Shown piece after piece: positions 19,488 to 28,791 of a stretch of 64,000 nt of DNA. Position 1 is the stretch's first letter. Each line of letters opens with the position of its first letter. The notes under the pieces are model-generated. The model ran no database searches and had not been told where the DNA came from. It saw nothing but the letters and a program-made list of their open reading frames with translations. The DNA is taken from positions 1 to 64,000 of the forward strand of contig JBCAXK010000002.1 of NCBI GenBank assembly GCA_038534095.1. Reading direction: 5' to 3'. This stretch comes from Chlamydiota bacterium (GTDB lineage Bacteria > Chlamydiota > Chlamydiia > Chlamydiales > SM23-39). A program made the position numbers and the translations under genes.

Positions 19488-20681
19488 TTGCAAAATGCGC
19501 GCTTTTTCTTTGTTTGTTTACTTGGAACCATTGGATCGCTATTTTCGGAAAGTTATAGAGCGCCTGTAGAAAGCGGAAAAATCTCCATTTTTCTAAGCCG
19601 CGCTGACAATATCCCTATTGAGTCGATTGAAGATGCGCACGATGCCTATTTTGAAGGGTATATCCAAGCGTTGATTGATATGCATTATCACGAATTTCGC
19701 GTGATGGTTCTTGTCAAAGAGCATGAAGTCTACCTCGCCCATCTTCCTAAAAACGCACTGACTAGAAGCAGCATTCTTTCGTTTGTTGCTGATATTCCTG
19801 GCGTTACGGCTGTTCATGAAATCGACCTCGTTCCGGAGAAAGAAGAAAAATTTCGGGAGAAATATGTAAGTTGGCCGAAAATGTCGGGTGTCTGGTTCCC
19901 CCAAACCACCCAGCTATTTTTGCCTTTAGTGGCTAATCCAAGACAAGTGACAAATTCGATTGGGTACAGGCAGGGAGATAACGTCATTGGAAAACATGTG
20001 ATCCCCATTTCCCTCGGAGATGATTTCCCGCTCTACAGATGGCTAGATGTATTTTGGGGAGGGGACTTGCAAATCAGCATCGAATCGGGCATCTGGTCTG
20101 TGTTTGATTTAAATCCAAAGCCCAATATCAATGGGGGACCGGCTCTTGTCAATACCGATTTTTACGTAGCGATTCCTTTGACAGCAGCTGTAGATGCTTG
20201 GGCTTTTCGTTTACGTATCAGTCATCTTTCTTCCCATTTAGGCGACGAATTTATGGTGAATCATCCCGATGTTACACGGTTAAATCCTAGTTTTGAGGCG
20301 ATCGATTTTTTTGTTTCGTATCAAGCGTTAAGCTCTCTTAGGCTCTACGCTGGGTCGGGAGGGTTGTTTGACACTGATCCAAGCTTTCCGATGAAGCCCT
20401 TGTATTTGGAATATGGAGCGGAGTACCGGTTTGGTGGGGTGAAGTTTCATCATCAAAGACTCTTTGGCGCATTTTTCTTAGCAGCGCATTTCCGAACCTA
20501 TCAGTACTTGAATTACGATTTTGATGGGACGTTCGTCGGAGGTTATGAATTTAGTCAGCTGAAAGGCGTTGGGAGAAAATTGCGCACCTTGATCGCTTAC
20601 CATAAAGGGTTTTCTCTTGAAGGGCAATTTATGAAAGACCGTACTTCTTATTTTGAATATCAATTTTGTTATGGTTTTTAA
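19488..20681 (+). CDS. DUF1207-family outer-membrane protein with a BON-like N-terminal domain
   Basis: Signal-peptide-like N-terminus after RBS GGGGGA (TTG 19488), LFLPLVANPRQ, NTDFYV, HLSSHLGDEF, amphipathic beta strands, C-terminal Phe. Confidence 0.75.
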   Translation: MQNARFFFVCLLGTIGSLFSESYRAPVESGKISIFLSRADNIPIESIEDAHDAYFEGYIQALIDMHYHEFRVMVLVKEHEVYLAHLPKNALTRSSILSFVADIPGVTAVHEIDLVPEKEEKFREKYVSWPKMSGVWFPQTTQLFLPLVANPRQVTNSIGYRQGDNVIGKHVIPISLGDDFPLYRWLDVFWGGDLQISIESGIWSVFDLNPKPNINGGPALVNTDFYVAIPLTAAVDAWAFRLRISHLSSHLGDEFMVNHPDVTRLNPSFEAIDFFVSYQALSSLRLYAGSGGLFDTDPSFPMKPLYLEYGAEYRFGGVKFHHQRLFGAFFLAAHFRTYQYLNYDFDGTFVGGYEFSQLKGVGRKLRTLIAYHKGFSLEGQFMKDRTSYFEYQFCYGF

Positions 20682-20749
20682 AATAATCAGTGACGAAAAA
20701 ATTGATTCAGCATTAACATTAGGGGATTTTTAATAATTATGGAGATAAC

Positions 20750-21625
20750 ATGGAACCTAAAACATTGGGTATTCATGACGGGGCTTTCCATGCTGATGAA
20801 GTTACAGCAGCAGCTCTTTTACTTCTTTTTGATCAGATTGATGTCAAAAAAATCTATCGCACAAGAGATCCTCTGATTTTAAGTACTTGTGAATATGTGT
20901 GTGATGTAGGCGGAGTCTATGATCCACAAACCAAACGCTTTGATCATCATCAAGTGAGTTACAAAGGAGTGCTTTCAAGTGCTGGCATGGTGCTGAAGTA
21001 CTTGAAAGATATCCACATTTTGGATACCTATCTTTACGATTACTTCAATCGTTCTTTGATTTTGGGAGTCGATGCTCACGATAATGGGCTTGCAAAAGTC
21101 GAAATTGGTTTTTGCTCGTTTTCTCAAGTCATCTCGAATTTTGTCCCTATTGAGCAAACCACCTCAAAAAAAGAGATGGATAGCGCCTTTTTTGAAGCGT
21201 TGCAGTTTGTAGTGCGCCACTTAGAAAAATTGCTCAAAAGGTACCATTACACGGTAAGTTGCCGTGAAAAGGTCGAAGAAGCGATGAAAAAAAATCAAAA
21301 GTTTCTCGAGTTTCAAGACCCGCTTCCTTGGATGGAAAATTTTTTCCTCTTAGGAGGAGAAAAACATCCCGCATTATTTGTGATTATGCCTGCAGGAGAG
21401 CACTGGAAACTCCGAGGAATCCCTCCCAATCTGAAGGATCGGATGAAAACAAGGTATCCTTTGCCGGTAGAATGGGCAGGGCTTCATGATCAAGAACTAG
21501 CAAAAGTTTGCGGTATTCATGGTTCTATTTTTTGTCACAAAGGGCGTTTTATTTCTATTTGGAAAACAAAAAAAGATGCGTACACAGCTATGGATCTTGT
21601 TCTTGGAAAAAGCCGTGATTCCTAG
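20750..21625 (+). CDS. MYG1 family metal-dependent hydrolase/exonuclease
   Basis: Motifs HDGAFHADE, DVGG, FDHHQ, LSSAG, DAHDNG, FCHKGRF. Confidence 0.92.
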   Translation: MEPKTLGIHDGAFHADEVTAAALLLLFDQIDVKKIYRTRDPLILSTCEYVCDVGGVYDPQTKRFDHHQVSYKGVLSSAGMVLKYLKDIHILDTYLYDYFNRSLILGVDAHDNGLAKVEIGFCSFSQVISNFVPIEQTTSKKEMDSAFFEALQFVVRHLEKLLKRYHYTVSCREKVEEAMKKNQKFLEFQDPLPWMENFFLLGGEKHPALFVIMPAGEHWKLRGIPPNLKDRMKTRYPLPVEWAGLHDQELAKVCGIHGSIFCHKGRFISIWKTKKDAYTAMDLVLGKSRDS

Positions 21626-21890
21626 GAGCTCTATTGCGGTTGCAATTGCTTCTCTAGAAAAACAAACAATCTTTTCGTAAAGCTTTGGGCAATTCCAGAA
21701 AACGAGTATCTATGATCGGACATTCTTACCCCTAAAATTTCTAGAGGTCAATGATTTACTGCGGCTCAGACCTTCGAATATACAAGATGAGTTCCTTAGC
21801 TAGTGATTTTCTTTTGCTTGTTTTCTAGGAACAGATTTTCAAACAATAGAATACTGTTAGCCATGCCGAGCAGCAGGAAGTGGATATCAC

Positions 21891-22934
21891 ATGAAGAAAT
21901 ATGTATTCAAACCCTACAGCAAAATTTTTCCTAAACTTTTTGACAAAGAAAAGGCAAGGATCTTATCCCACATAAGTATGCCTTTAGCTATTGAGCATAT
22001 TGGCAGCACTGCCATACCTGGTCTTGGCGGAAAGGGTATTATCGATATCGCTGTAGCGGTTAGTAAACCCCATATGGACGTAACTTCCAAAAAGCTCCAA
22101 GATTTAGGATATGCGTACCGGCCCATTTTTAGTACCCCAGATCGATTCTACTTCATCATCTGCCTGCCCGATCCAGAAGAAGAAAATAGAAGGTATCATA
22201 TCCATTTGACTTACCCTGAAAATCACGAATGGAAAGAGTTCACTGGCTTCCGAGATTATTTGAGACAGCACCCAGAAGAGTGTCAAGAGTACGCAGAATT
22301 GAAAAAACAAGCGGCACTTGAAGCCAATCATGAAGGCGATCGATATCGAAAAGTAAAAGAGCCTATGTTTGACAAGATTAGATCGCTGAACAAGCACTTT
22401 CATTCCGAACAGCCTCCTAGGAAGAGTATGAAGATTCATCTATCCGTAGCAACGAAAGATGATAAGAACATCATCGAAAACCTCGGCCGCTTTTACGTGT
22501 ATGACATGTCAAGATATTGCGGTTTTTTACCCACTTGGGAAGTGCCTTCTAATGGTCTTTTTGCATGCACGGATCTTAGCTCTTACTTGGAAAAAGCAGA
22601 CAGGCATGCATTTTTAGTAAAAGTAGATGAAGAGCTGGCTGGATTTGTATTGATCAACAAGTTGGGAAGTACGCCAGATGTTGATTGGAACGTTGGGGAA
22701 TTCTTCATTGTTTCCAAATTTCAAGGGAAAGGAGTTGGACGTCATGTAGCAGAGCAAGTCTTCGATCAATTCCCTGGGGTGTGGGAGACTTCTCAAATAC
22801 TAGAAAATACAGCAGCGATAGAATTTTGGGATAGGGTCGTTAGTCAATATACAAATGGTCAATTTGAAAAAACACGCAAAATCGTACCAGAACCTGAGCC
22901 ACATCCTATGGTTATTTTAAAATTCACCTCTTGA
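21891..22934 (+). CDS. GrpB (UPF0157) domain fused to a GNAT acetyltransferase
   Basis: N-half EHIGSTAIPGLGGKGIIDI...FRDYLR...YAELK; C-half EFFIVSKFQGKGVG (acetyl-CoA motif) and NTAAIEFW. Confidence 0.85.
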   Translation: MKKYVFKPYSKIFPKLFDKEKARILSHISMPLAIEHIGSTAIPGLGGKGIIDIAVAVSKPHMDVTSKKLQDLGYAYRPIFSTPDRFYFIICLPDPEEENRRYHIHLTYPENHEWKEFTGFRDYLRQHPEECQEYAELKKQAALEANHEGDRYRKVKEPMFDKIRSLNKHFHSEQPPRKSMKIHLSVATKDDKNIIENLGRFYVYDMSRYCGFLPTWEVPSNGLFACTDLSSYLEKADRHAFLVKVDEELAGFVLINKLGSTPDVDWNVGEFFIVSKFQGKGVGRHVAEQVFDQFPGVWETSQILENTAAIEFWDRVVSQYTNGQFEKTRKIVPEPEPHPMVILKFTS

Positions 22935-22977
22935 AGGAAGTTCGAATACTCATTCCGAATCAATTTCTCCTCGTGGA

Positions 22978-23160
22978 TCAAAAAAAACCTCCCATAGTAC
23001 AGAATTCCGAGGGCAGGTCTCTCCAAGGGGCTCCGGTACGCAATTTCCATAAAATGGCTTCCATAATTTCTCGATCATTTACCCACCGATGGCAACCATG
23101 CTTTTTCATAGTGATTTGTAATTGTTCCCATATTGCACCACTTAAAATCCTTCAAACCAT
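22978..23160 (-). mobile_element. IS5-family transposase N-terminal remnant (pseudogene)
   Basis: Manual translation: MV*RILSGAIWEQLQITMKKHGCHRWVNDREIMEAILWKLRTGAPWRDLPSEFC, the DUF4096-type signature. Stop at codon 3; the catalytic DDE part is missing. Confidence 0.85.
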
Positions 23161-23494
23161 TTATAAAGCCTCTCTTCTGAAAAAAGAAAATCTTACGCAA
23201 TGCTCAGAAAAATAAAAAACTCATTCATATCAAAGATTAGGGGAGCTCCCATGTAATATTTATCCCATAAATCCTCCTTCGTTGGTAAGTGGGCATAGTA
23301 TACACCACCACACTCTGGGACCAAACGTCTAAGACAGAGCAAGCTTATGTCCTTCAGGCCGCGTCACACAGCGAGTTTTTTCCTCAAGATATAGCGCCCG
23401 ATTTCCTCCCTTTTAGAGGAGATATTCTAGTGCGAGAGACTCGCTTTAGAGTCCCTTTGTCAAGCATTGTCCGATAAGACTACATATCTCAAAA

Positions 23495-25135
23495 TCACTT
23501 TGCTTTCCAAAACGTAGGGAAAAATAGCACAAGAATCGCAAAGTATTCTAACCTGCCAATCAGCATCCAAAAAATGGATAGCCCTTTTGCAATGGGGGAA
23601 AGAAAATTGATCTGCTGCGTAGGTCCTGATCCTCTAAATCCTATCCCAACATTATTGATGAGAGAACTGATCAGGCTGACAGAAGTTTCTAGATCGATCC
23701 CTGTGATGATGAAAAGACTGGCTCCAATCACAGAAGAAAAAAACGCTACGCAAAAAAACAGCAAAACCATAATCGCTGTCGTATGATCAATCTCTATTTT
23801 ACCAAAGCGGATGATCCTGATCGTTTCTGGGCGGAACAATCCTTCGAGACGATTTCTCGCAATTTTCCAAAAAAGGCAATAGCGCGTTGTTTTGATCCCT
23901 CCACTTGTTGACCCAGCCATCCCTCCAAAAAACATGGCTAAAAGAAGCCCAATTTGCGCGTTCAAAGGCCAAAGATCGTAATTGGCGGTAAAATACCCTG
24001 TAGAGGACTGGGCAGAAACCCACTGAAAGATCCCTGATCTGAACGCATCTGAGGGAGAGTAGATACCTGCCTGGTTGCCAAGCTCTTCTTTAGGGGTTCC
24101 TAAAATCGCAAAACTCGTTAGTAGAGATCCGATCAGAATGAGAGCAAGAAAAAGGAAAAAGTCACTTTTAGAAATTTTACGAAACTTCATCCGAATCACA
24201 TGAAAATAGAGACCAAAATTGATGCTACCCAAAATCATGAACAGGATCACAATCCATTCTGTGTAGGCATTATTGTAATAACCGATGCTCTCTTCGTGGA
24301 GAGTAAATCCTCCAGTAGAAAGGTTCGAAAAGGTGATGCACACAGCATCTAAAAAGGGGAGTGCACTGTTTGTGAAAAGGAGCAAGCTTACCTCAAGAAC
24401 CGAGAGGCAAATGTACAATTTCCATAAAAGAGAGGCCGTTTCTTTGAGGCGGGGAGATATCCCCTCTTTGACAGGACCTGTCATCTCTGTTTGATAGAGC
24501 GTTTTTCCTCCTACCCCCAGAGCGGGTAATACCGTTAAAAACAACACCACAATCCCCATGCCTCCTAACCACTGGAGAAATGAGCGCCACACAAGGATGG
24601 CTCTACCTACAGCCTCGATCCCTTCTAACACCTCCCCTGTTCTCGTATCTTTCACAGGGTCGATCGTCCCATAGTAATCGTATAAGGAGAGGGAATCACT
24701 TTGCGCACTGACCGTTGTTGGAATTTCTTTCCCATCTGCATCAAATGTTTTCGGAGCCATCAAAGAAGCCCCTGTTGTCGTTAAAGCAGACATCGATTCA
24801 AAGTAGGCATCCAAGGGGCTTTTGAATGTCCCTGAAAAGTAGAAGGGAAGAGCTGCGACAAACGAACTCAAAATCCATATTGCCATCACAAGAAATATGC
24901 TATCCCTCCGAAAGAGCAGCCCTGTCCCCGACTGTCCCAAAAAACGGAAAAAAATGGCGAGAGCAATGCAGAAGAAAAATGTGAGAAGGAAGGCTTTTGA
25001 ACTATGTGGCTGCGGGTGCGCTTCGGGCAATTCTATAAATTCAAAATACACCGCAATACACAGAGGAAAAAGAATCAGAAAGGAAAAATAGAGAAAAAAC
25101 CTTCCTAAAATCCGAAAAATTTCGTAATAACGCAT
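23495..25135 (-). CDS. trkH: Trk potassium uptake membrane subunit
   Basis: Four pore loops (TTTGAS, STGGF, SSTGY, NNVGIG), QWLGGMGIVVL, GSTSGGIK, MLIGRLE. Confidence 0.93.
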   Translation of the reverse strand: MRYYEIFRILGRFFLYFSFLILFPLCIAVYFEFIELPEAHPQPHSSKAFLLTFFFCIALAIFFRFLGQSGTGLLFRRDSIFLVMAIWILSSFVAALPFYFSGTFKSPLDAYFESMSALTTTGASLMAPKTFDADGKEIPTTVSAQSDSLSLYDYYGTIDPVKDTRTGEVLEGIEAVGRAILVWRSFLQWLGGMGIVVLFLTVLPALGVGGKTLYQTEMTGPVKEGISPRLKETASLLWKLYICLSVLEVSLLLFTNSALPFLDAVCITFSNLSTGGFTLHEESIGYYNNAYTEWIVILFMILGSINFGLYFHVIRMKFRKISKSDFFLFLALILIGSLLTSFAILGTPKEELGNQAGIYSPSDAFRSGIFQWVSAQSSTGYFTANYDLWPLNAQIGLLLAMFFGGMAGSTSGGIKTTRYCLFWKIARNRLEGLFRPETIRIIRFGKIEIDHTTAIMVLLFFCVAFFSSVIGASLFIITGIDLETSVSLISSLINNVGIGFRGSGPTQQINFLSPIAKGLSIFWMLIGRLEYFAILVLFFPTFWKAK

Positions 25136-25145
25136 GGATCCAATC

Positions 25146-26495
25146 CTAAAAAAGGTGCTCTAATTCATGCACAGTTCTTGGAGAGGTGATCAAAATCACG
25201 GTATCACCAGCCGATAAAATGCAACTTCCCTTACCAATCATCACCTTCCCCTTGCTTTCGATAATGCAGATCAAAAGATCTTTGGGCAAATAGGCAGCAA
25301 GATCTTCTAAAGGAACACCGATCAGCCCAGAATCGGAGGAGACTTTTAGTTCTACGACCCGCGCATGATCATCAACAACTGAAGAAATCGAAAGGATATT
25401 TTTCCCATGAATGATCGCTAGGATCTGATTGGCCATGTTGATTTTCCCCGAAAGGGCGTAACGCATTCCCCTTTCTTGAAAAAGACTGGCTACAGACAAA
25501 TCAGAAATTAACGAAATCACGTAAGGGGCTCCCGCTTTTTGCCCCATAGAAGCAATGTAGAGATTGCTTTCGTCTCGGTGGGTCGTGGCTACAAACGCGT
25601 CGGCCTGTTCCACCTGCTCAGCAATCAAAAAGGGAAGATCGCTACCATCATGGTGCATGATCGTCGCTTTGGGAAGGACCTGCGCAAGGTGCGCGCACCG
25701 CTCTTCATTTTTCTCCACAATTTTTACTTCCAAGCCTAAATTGTGCAAAGAGATCGCAAGATGTACCGCAATATCTGAACCTCCAATTATGACCACTTTC
25801 TTAAAGCGTTTTTTCGGAAGGGAAAATACCTTTTCTAAATGCAACATGCAAGAAGCCTCCCCAATCACCGTGATCTGATCCTCAGGCATTAGGCAGTCCT
25901 GACCATGAGGAAAGATAATGGTAGGTTTCCCCGAAAGATTGCGCAGAATCAATCCGATGATCAACTCTTCTGGTAAACGGAGGTGCTTGATCGCCGTTTT
26001 CGTGTGCGGCCAATTTTTCGGGATTGTGATGGTCTTCATATGAATCGATCCATGAGCAAATTGCTCATGGAGTTTTTCCCCCGGAGAAAGCATCGTTTGT
26101 AGTAGCTGCTGAGAGGAGAGAACATCAGCAGCAATGAAGTGATCTACATAAAAAAGGCGGGAAAAATCGAGCAGGCTCCTATTCAAATAGCCCGTTTCTT
26201 TGATCCTACAGATCGTGGTTTTGTATCCCAAATTTTTTGCCAAAGTGCAAGCAGCTAGATTCGTGGCATCATCTCCTGTCATAGCAATGAAAAAATCGGA
26301 CGCGCTTCCCATCAAATCTTCGAGTATTCTCCAATCACTAGCAGAGAAGCGAGCTGTGGCGACATCCAATCCTTTTTCTAAGCCTTCCAATGTGGAGGCG
26401 TCTTGATCTGCCAAAATGACCGAATGCTCTTCTTTAGAGAGCAAACTTGCGAGGTAACTTCCCATTTTTCCAGCGCCAAGAATCAAGACATTCAT
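25146..26495 (-). CDS. trkA: Trk potassium uptake regulatory subunit
   Basis: Two RCK_N/RCK_C repeats, GAGKMG. ATG 26495 overlaps the upstream stop (ATGA). Confidence 0.9.
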   Translation of the reverse strand: MNVLILGAGKMGSYLASLLSKEEHSVILADQDASTLEGLEKGLDVATARFSASDWRILEDLMGSASDFFIAMTGDDATNLAACTLAKNLGYKTTICRIKETGYLNRSLLDFSRLFYVDHFIAADVLSSQQLLQTMLSPGEKLHEQFAHGSIHMKTITIPKNWPHTKTAIKHLRLPEELIIGLILRNLSGKPTIIFPHGQDCLMPEDQITVIGEASCMLHLEKVFSLPKKRFKKVVIIGGSDIAVHLAISLHNLGLEVKIVEKNEERCAHLAQVLPKATIMHHDGSDLPFLIAEQVEQADAFVATTHRDESNLYIASMGQKAGAPYVISLISDLSVASLFQERGMRYALSGKINMANQILAIIHGKNILSISSVVDDHARVVELKVSSDSGLIGVPLEDLAAYLPKDLLICIIESKGKVMIGKGSCILSAGDTVILITSPRTVHELEHLF

Positions 26496-27094
26496 AAAGC
26501 CATTTTCTTCTTTTGTTGAGCGATCCAATCTTCTGCTGTCATGATTTGACCAAAAGCGCCTAAATTCACTAGAGAGGCTTCGTGTAAGGAATCCGAATAG
26601 CTAGCAACGCAGTCGGTTAACGTTGTGACGCGCAACTGGCGACTCACCGCTTCTCGCGCGCATGATTCGACCGCTCCATTTGTGGTAAATCCCGATAGAA
26701 TCAGCGAATCGATCTGCATAGCTTCTAAAAACCGGTCCAATTCTGTCTGATGAAAGGGAGACATGCCCCATTGATGAATTTTGTAATTCACATAAGAGAT
26801 TTCTTGTAAGAGATCATGCCCCCAGCTTTTGGCTCGAAATCCCTCTTTTTCTAAAAAGGGGCGCAGCTTTTTTGCGCTTCCCAAACTGCACGCTTTCCCT
26901 TCAAGATCGGTGATGATGCTCAGCAACGTGGCAAAAATAGGGATCCCCTTTTCTTTGCAAAAATGCATCATTTTGACAACGTTTGGCAAAATATTTGGGA
27001 TGTGCGCGGGAACAAGACCATTTTGCGCGTAGATCCCCTCGGGATGGCAAAGGTCGTTTTGCATGCATAGGATAAGAAAGCAAGGAGAAGGCAT
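26492..27094 (-). CDS. Isochorismatase/cysteine hydrolase fold protein with atypical catalytic residues
   Basis: ILCMQNDL, SPFHQTELD, LILSGFTTNGAVESCAREA, DCVAS. Confidence 0.8.
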   Translation of the reverse strand: MPSPCFLILCMQNDLCHPEGIYAQNGLVPAHIPNILPNVVKMMHFCKEKGIPIFATLLSIITDLEGKACSLGSAKKLRPFLEKEGFRAKSWGHDLLQEISYVNYKIHQWGMSPFHQTELDRFLEAMQIDSLILSGFTTNGAVESCAREAVSRQLRVTTLTDCVASYSDSLHEASLVNLGAFGQIMTAEDWIAQQKKKMAL

Positions 27095-27179
27095 CGTTCT
27101 TTAAGCCTCTTTATCCTCGTTGTATCTTCTTAAGAGATTTTTGTCGATTCCTACAAGGAGCCTATGCTACGATTCGCCT

Positions 27180-28103
27180 ATGGAATGCGCTGCGATTGTC
27201 AACTTTTGCTCGAATGATGCCAGATTTTTAGCTCCTTGCATCGAACAGCTCAAAAAAGCGGTTTCTACGATCATTTTTGTCGTAGCAGACCATTTTTTCG
27301 ATCAAACAAAAGAAGATCTTGATCTACTCTATCAGCTTTTTTCTGAAAAAGAAGATGTCCATACCATTTTCTATCCCCTCTCTTCTTGCCTGCTACCAAA
27401 AACCTCCCCCAAAGATGAAAAACACCTTTGGGCAAGTATTTCCAGGACAATCGGCTTTGGATTTTTACCGAAAAATACTACCCATGCCTTTTTTCTCGAT
27501 GTGGATGAGATTCCTGATGGGGAAAGGCTGCGAGAAGAGATCGAAGAGAAGCGCCTACTATCGTATGATTTTGCGGAGCTCGGTTGTTACTGGTATTTTC
27601 GTGAAACGAAGTACCAAGCCACCACTTGGGAAGCAACGCCCTTATTTGCGAAAAAAAGCCATCTTGCAAAAAAACAGATCCTTCATAAAGATGAGCGGCT
27701 AGGAACCTTTCGGGAGGGGAAGGGAAAAAAATATTCCCCCTTCCTAGGAAAAGATGAAAAGCCCCTCTTCCACCATTACAGCTGGGTCCGCTCAAAAGAA
27801 GAAATGGAAAAAAAAGTGGTTCGCTGGGGGCATGCTCAAGACCGTGACTGGCTCCCTTTAGTCACTCAAGAATTTGCTCACCCGTTTCAAGGGAAAGACT
27901 TTGTTCACGGCTACTCTTTCACGGAAATTCCCCCTCTAGTGACCTTAAAAGAGCCCATTTTAGGTCCATTGAACAAAGATCTGCCCACCCACCTCTCCAA
28001 AAAAGAAGCTTACGCCCTTCTCTACTATCCCTATTTTTTTTATCCTAAGTCTTTGAAAGAAAAAATCTCTCTTGCGGAGAATCATTTTTCTAAGAGATCA
28101 TAG
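27180..28103 (+). CDS. Putative glycosyltransferase (GT-A fold)
   Basis: N-terminal beta-alpha start, FFLDVDE (DxD motif), HHYSWVR. ATG 27180 preferred as start. Confidence 0.6.
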   Translation: MECAAIVNFCSNDARFLAPCIEQLKKAVSTIIFVVADHFFDQTKEDLDLLYQLFSEKEDVHTIFYPLSSCLLPKTSPKDEKHLWASISRTIGFGFLPKNTTHAFFLDVDEIPDGERLREEIEEKRLLSYDFAELGCYWYFRETKYQATTWEATPLFAKKSHLAKKQILHKDERLGTFREGKGKKYSPFLGKDEKPLFHHYSWVRSKEEMEKKVVRWGHAQDRDWLPLVTQEFAHPFQGKDFVHGYSFTEIPPLVTLKEPILGPLNKDLPTHLSKKEAYALLYYPYFFYPKSLKEKISLAENHFSKRS

Positions 28104-28116
28104 ATGTAGTTTCCTT

Positions 28117-28192
28117 GCACCGGTAGCTCAATGGATAGAGTACCTGGCTACGGACCAGGAGGTTAGAGGTTCGAGTCCTCTCCGGTGCACCA
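28117..28192 (+). tRNA. tRNA-Arg (anticodon ACG)
   Basis: Acceptor stem GCACCGG/CCGGTGC, anticodon stem CCTGG/CCAGG with loop CTACGGA, T-loop GTTCGAG, encoded 3' CCA; 76 nt. Confidence 0.97.
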
Positions 28193-28339
28193 TTTTTCAA
28201 GGAATATTTTCACTCGAGAAGGCCTCTACTTGAGGTTCGATCAGCCAGATCGATCCCCTTTTTACCTTTTCTTCTGAAGCTTTCCGCTCGAACCATTCCC
28301 TCCAAACATGCGTTGCATCTTTGCAATTCTTTTTTTTGA

Positions 28340-28573
28340 AAAAAGACTGAAGGATTTTACGAACACTTCTGCAAGAAACACAAGAAAGCGATCATCACGA
28401 GCAATCCTGCTGAGATAAATGCACAAGGACAAAGAATCCTGGAATCAATTTTACGTCGCCCAGAAAGAGAACCTACTCTTTATAATTCGAGTAGAATAGG
28501 GAAAAACTCGAATATTTCGTTGGTCTTTTCGGCATATACACTTCTCCTTCTAGGAAAAGGACTACACGCATAG
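28340..28573 (+). pseudogene. Start-less fragment resembling a CdiA/RHS polymorphic toxin C-terminal domain
   Basis: Stop-to-stop frame containing SNPAEINAQGQRILESILRRP...YNSSRIG; no start codon upstream of the motif. Confidence 0.45.
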
Positions 28574-28791
28574 GCATTTCCCTGCTATTAAATCTTTCTC
28601 ATCAAAATGCCCTGCGTTCAAGATGCGTATATTTGCCCGTTTTTCTGTACCGAAAAGCGTTCTTTTCTTGTGGATTCTTTTTCTATGTCCGATGCATCGA
28701 TAATGCCTAGGGTGAAAACCAGCGTCACTTTTTATGTACATATATTTTCTATTCAGTAAAATTTTCTCATGTTCAATAACCAGAGGAAAAA

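Noticed and set aside
23241..23302. TATACT, AAGGAGG RBS and ATG-GGA-TAA on the minus strand, plus a GGGAGCTCCC palindrome
   Set aside because: Possibly the start of a second decayed gene or IS, but too short to assign.
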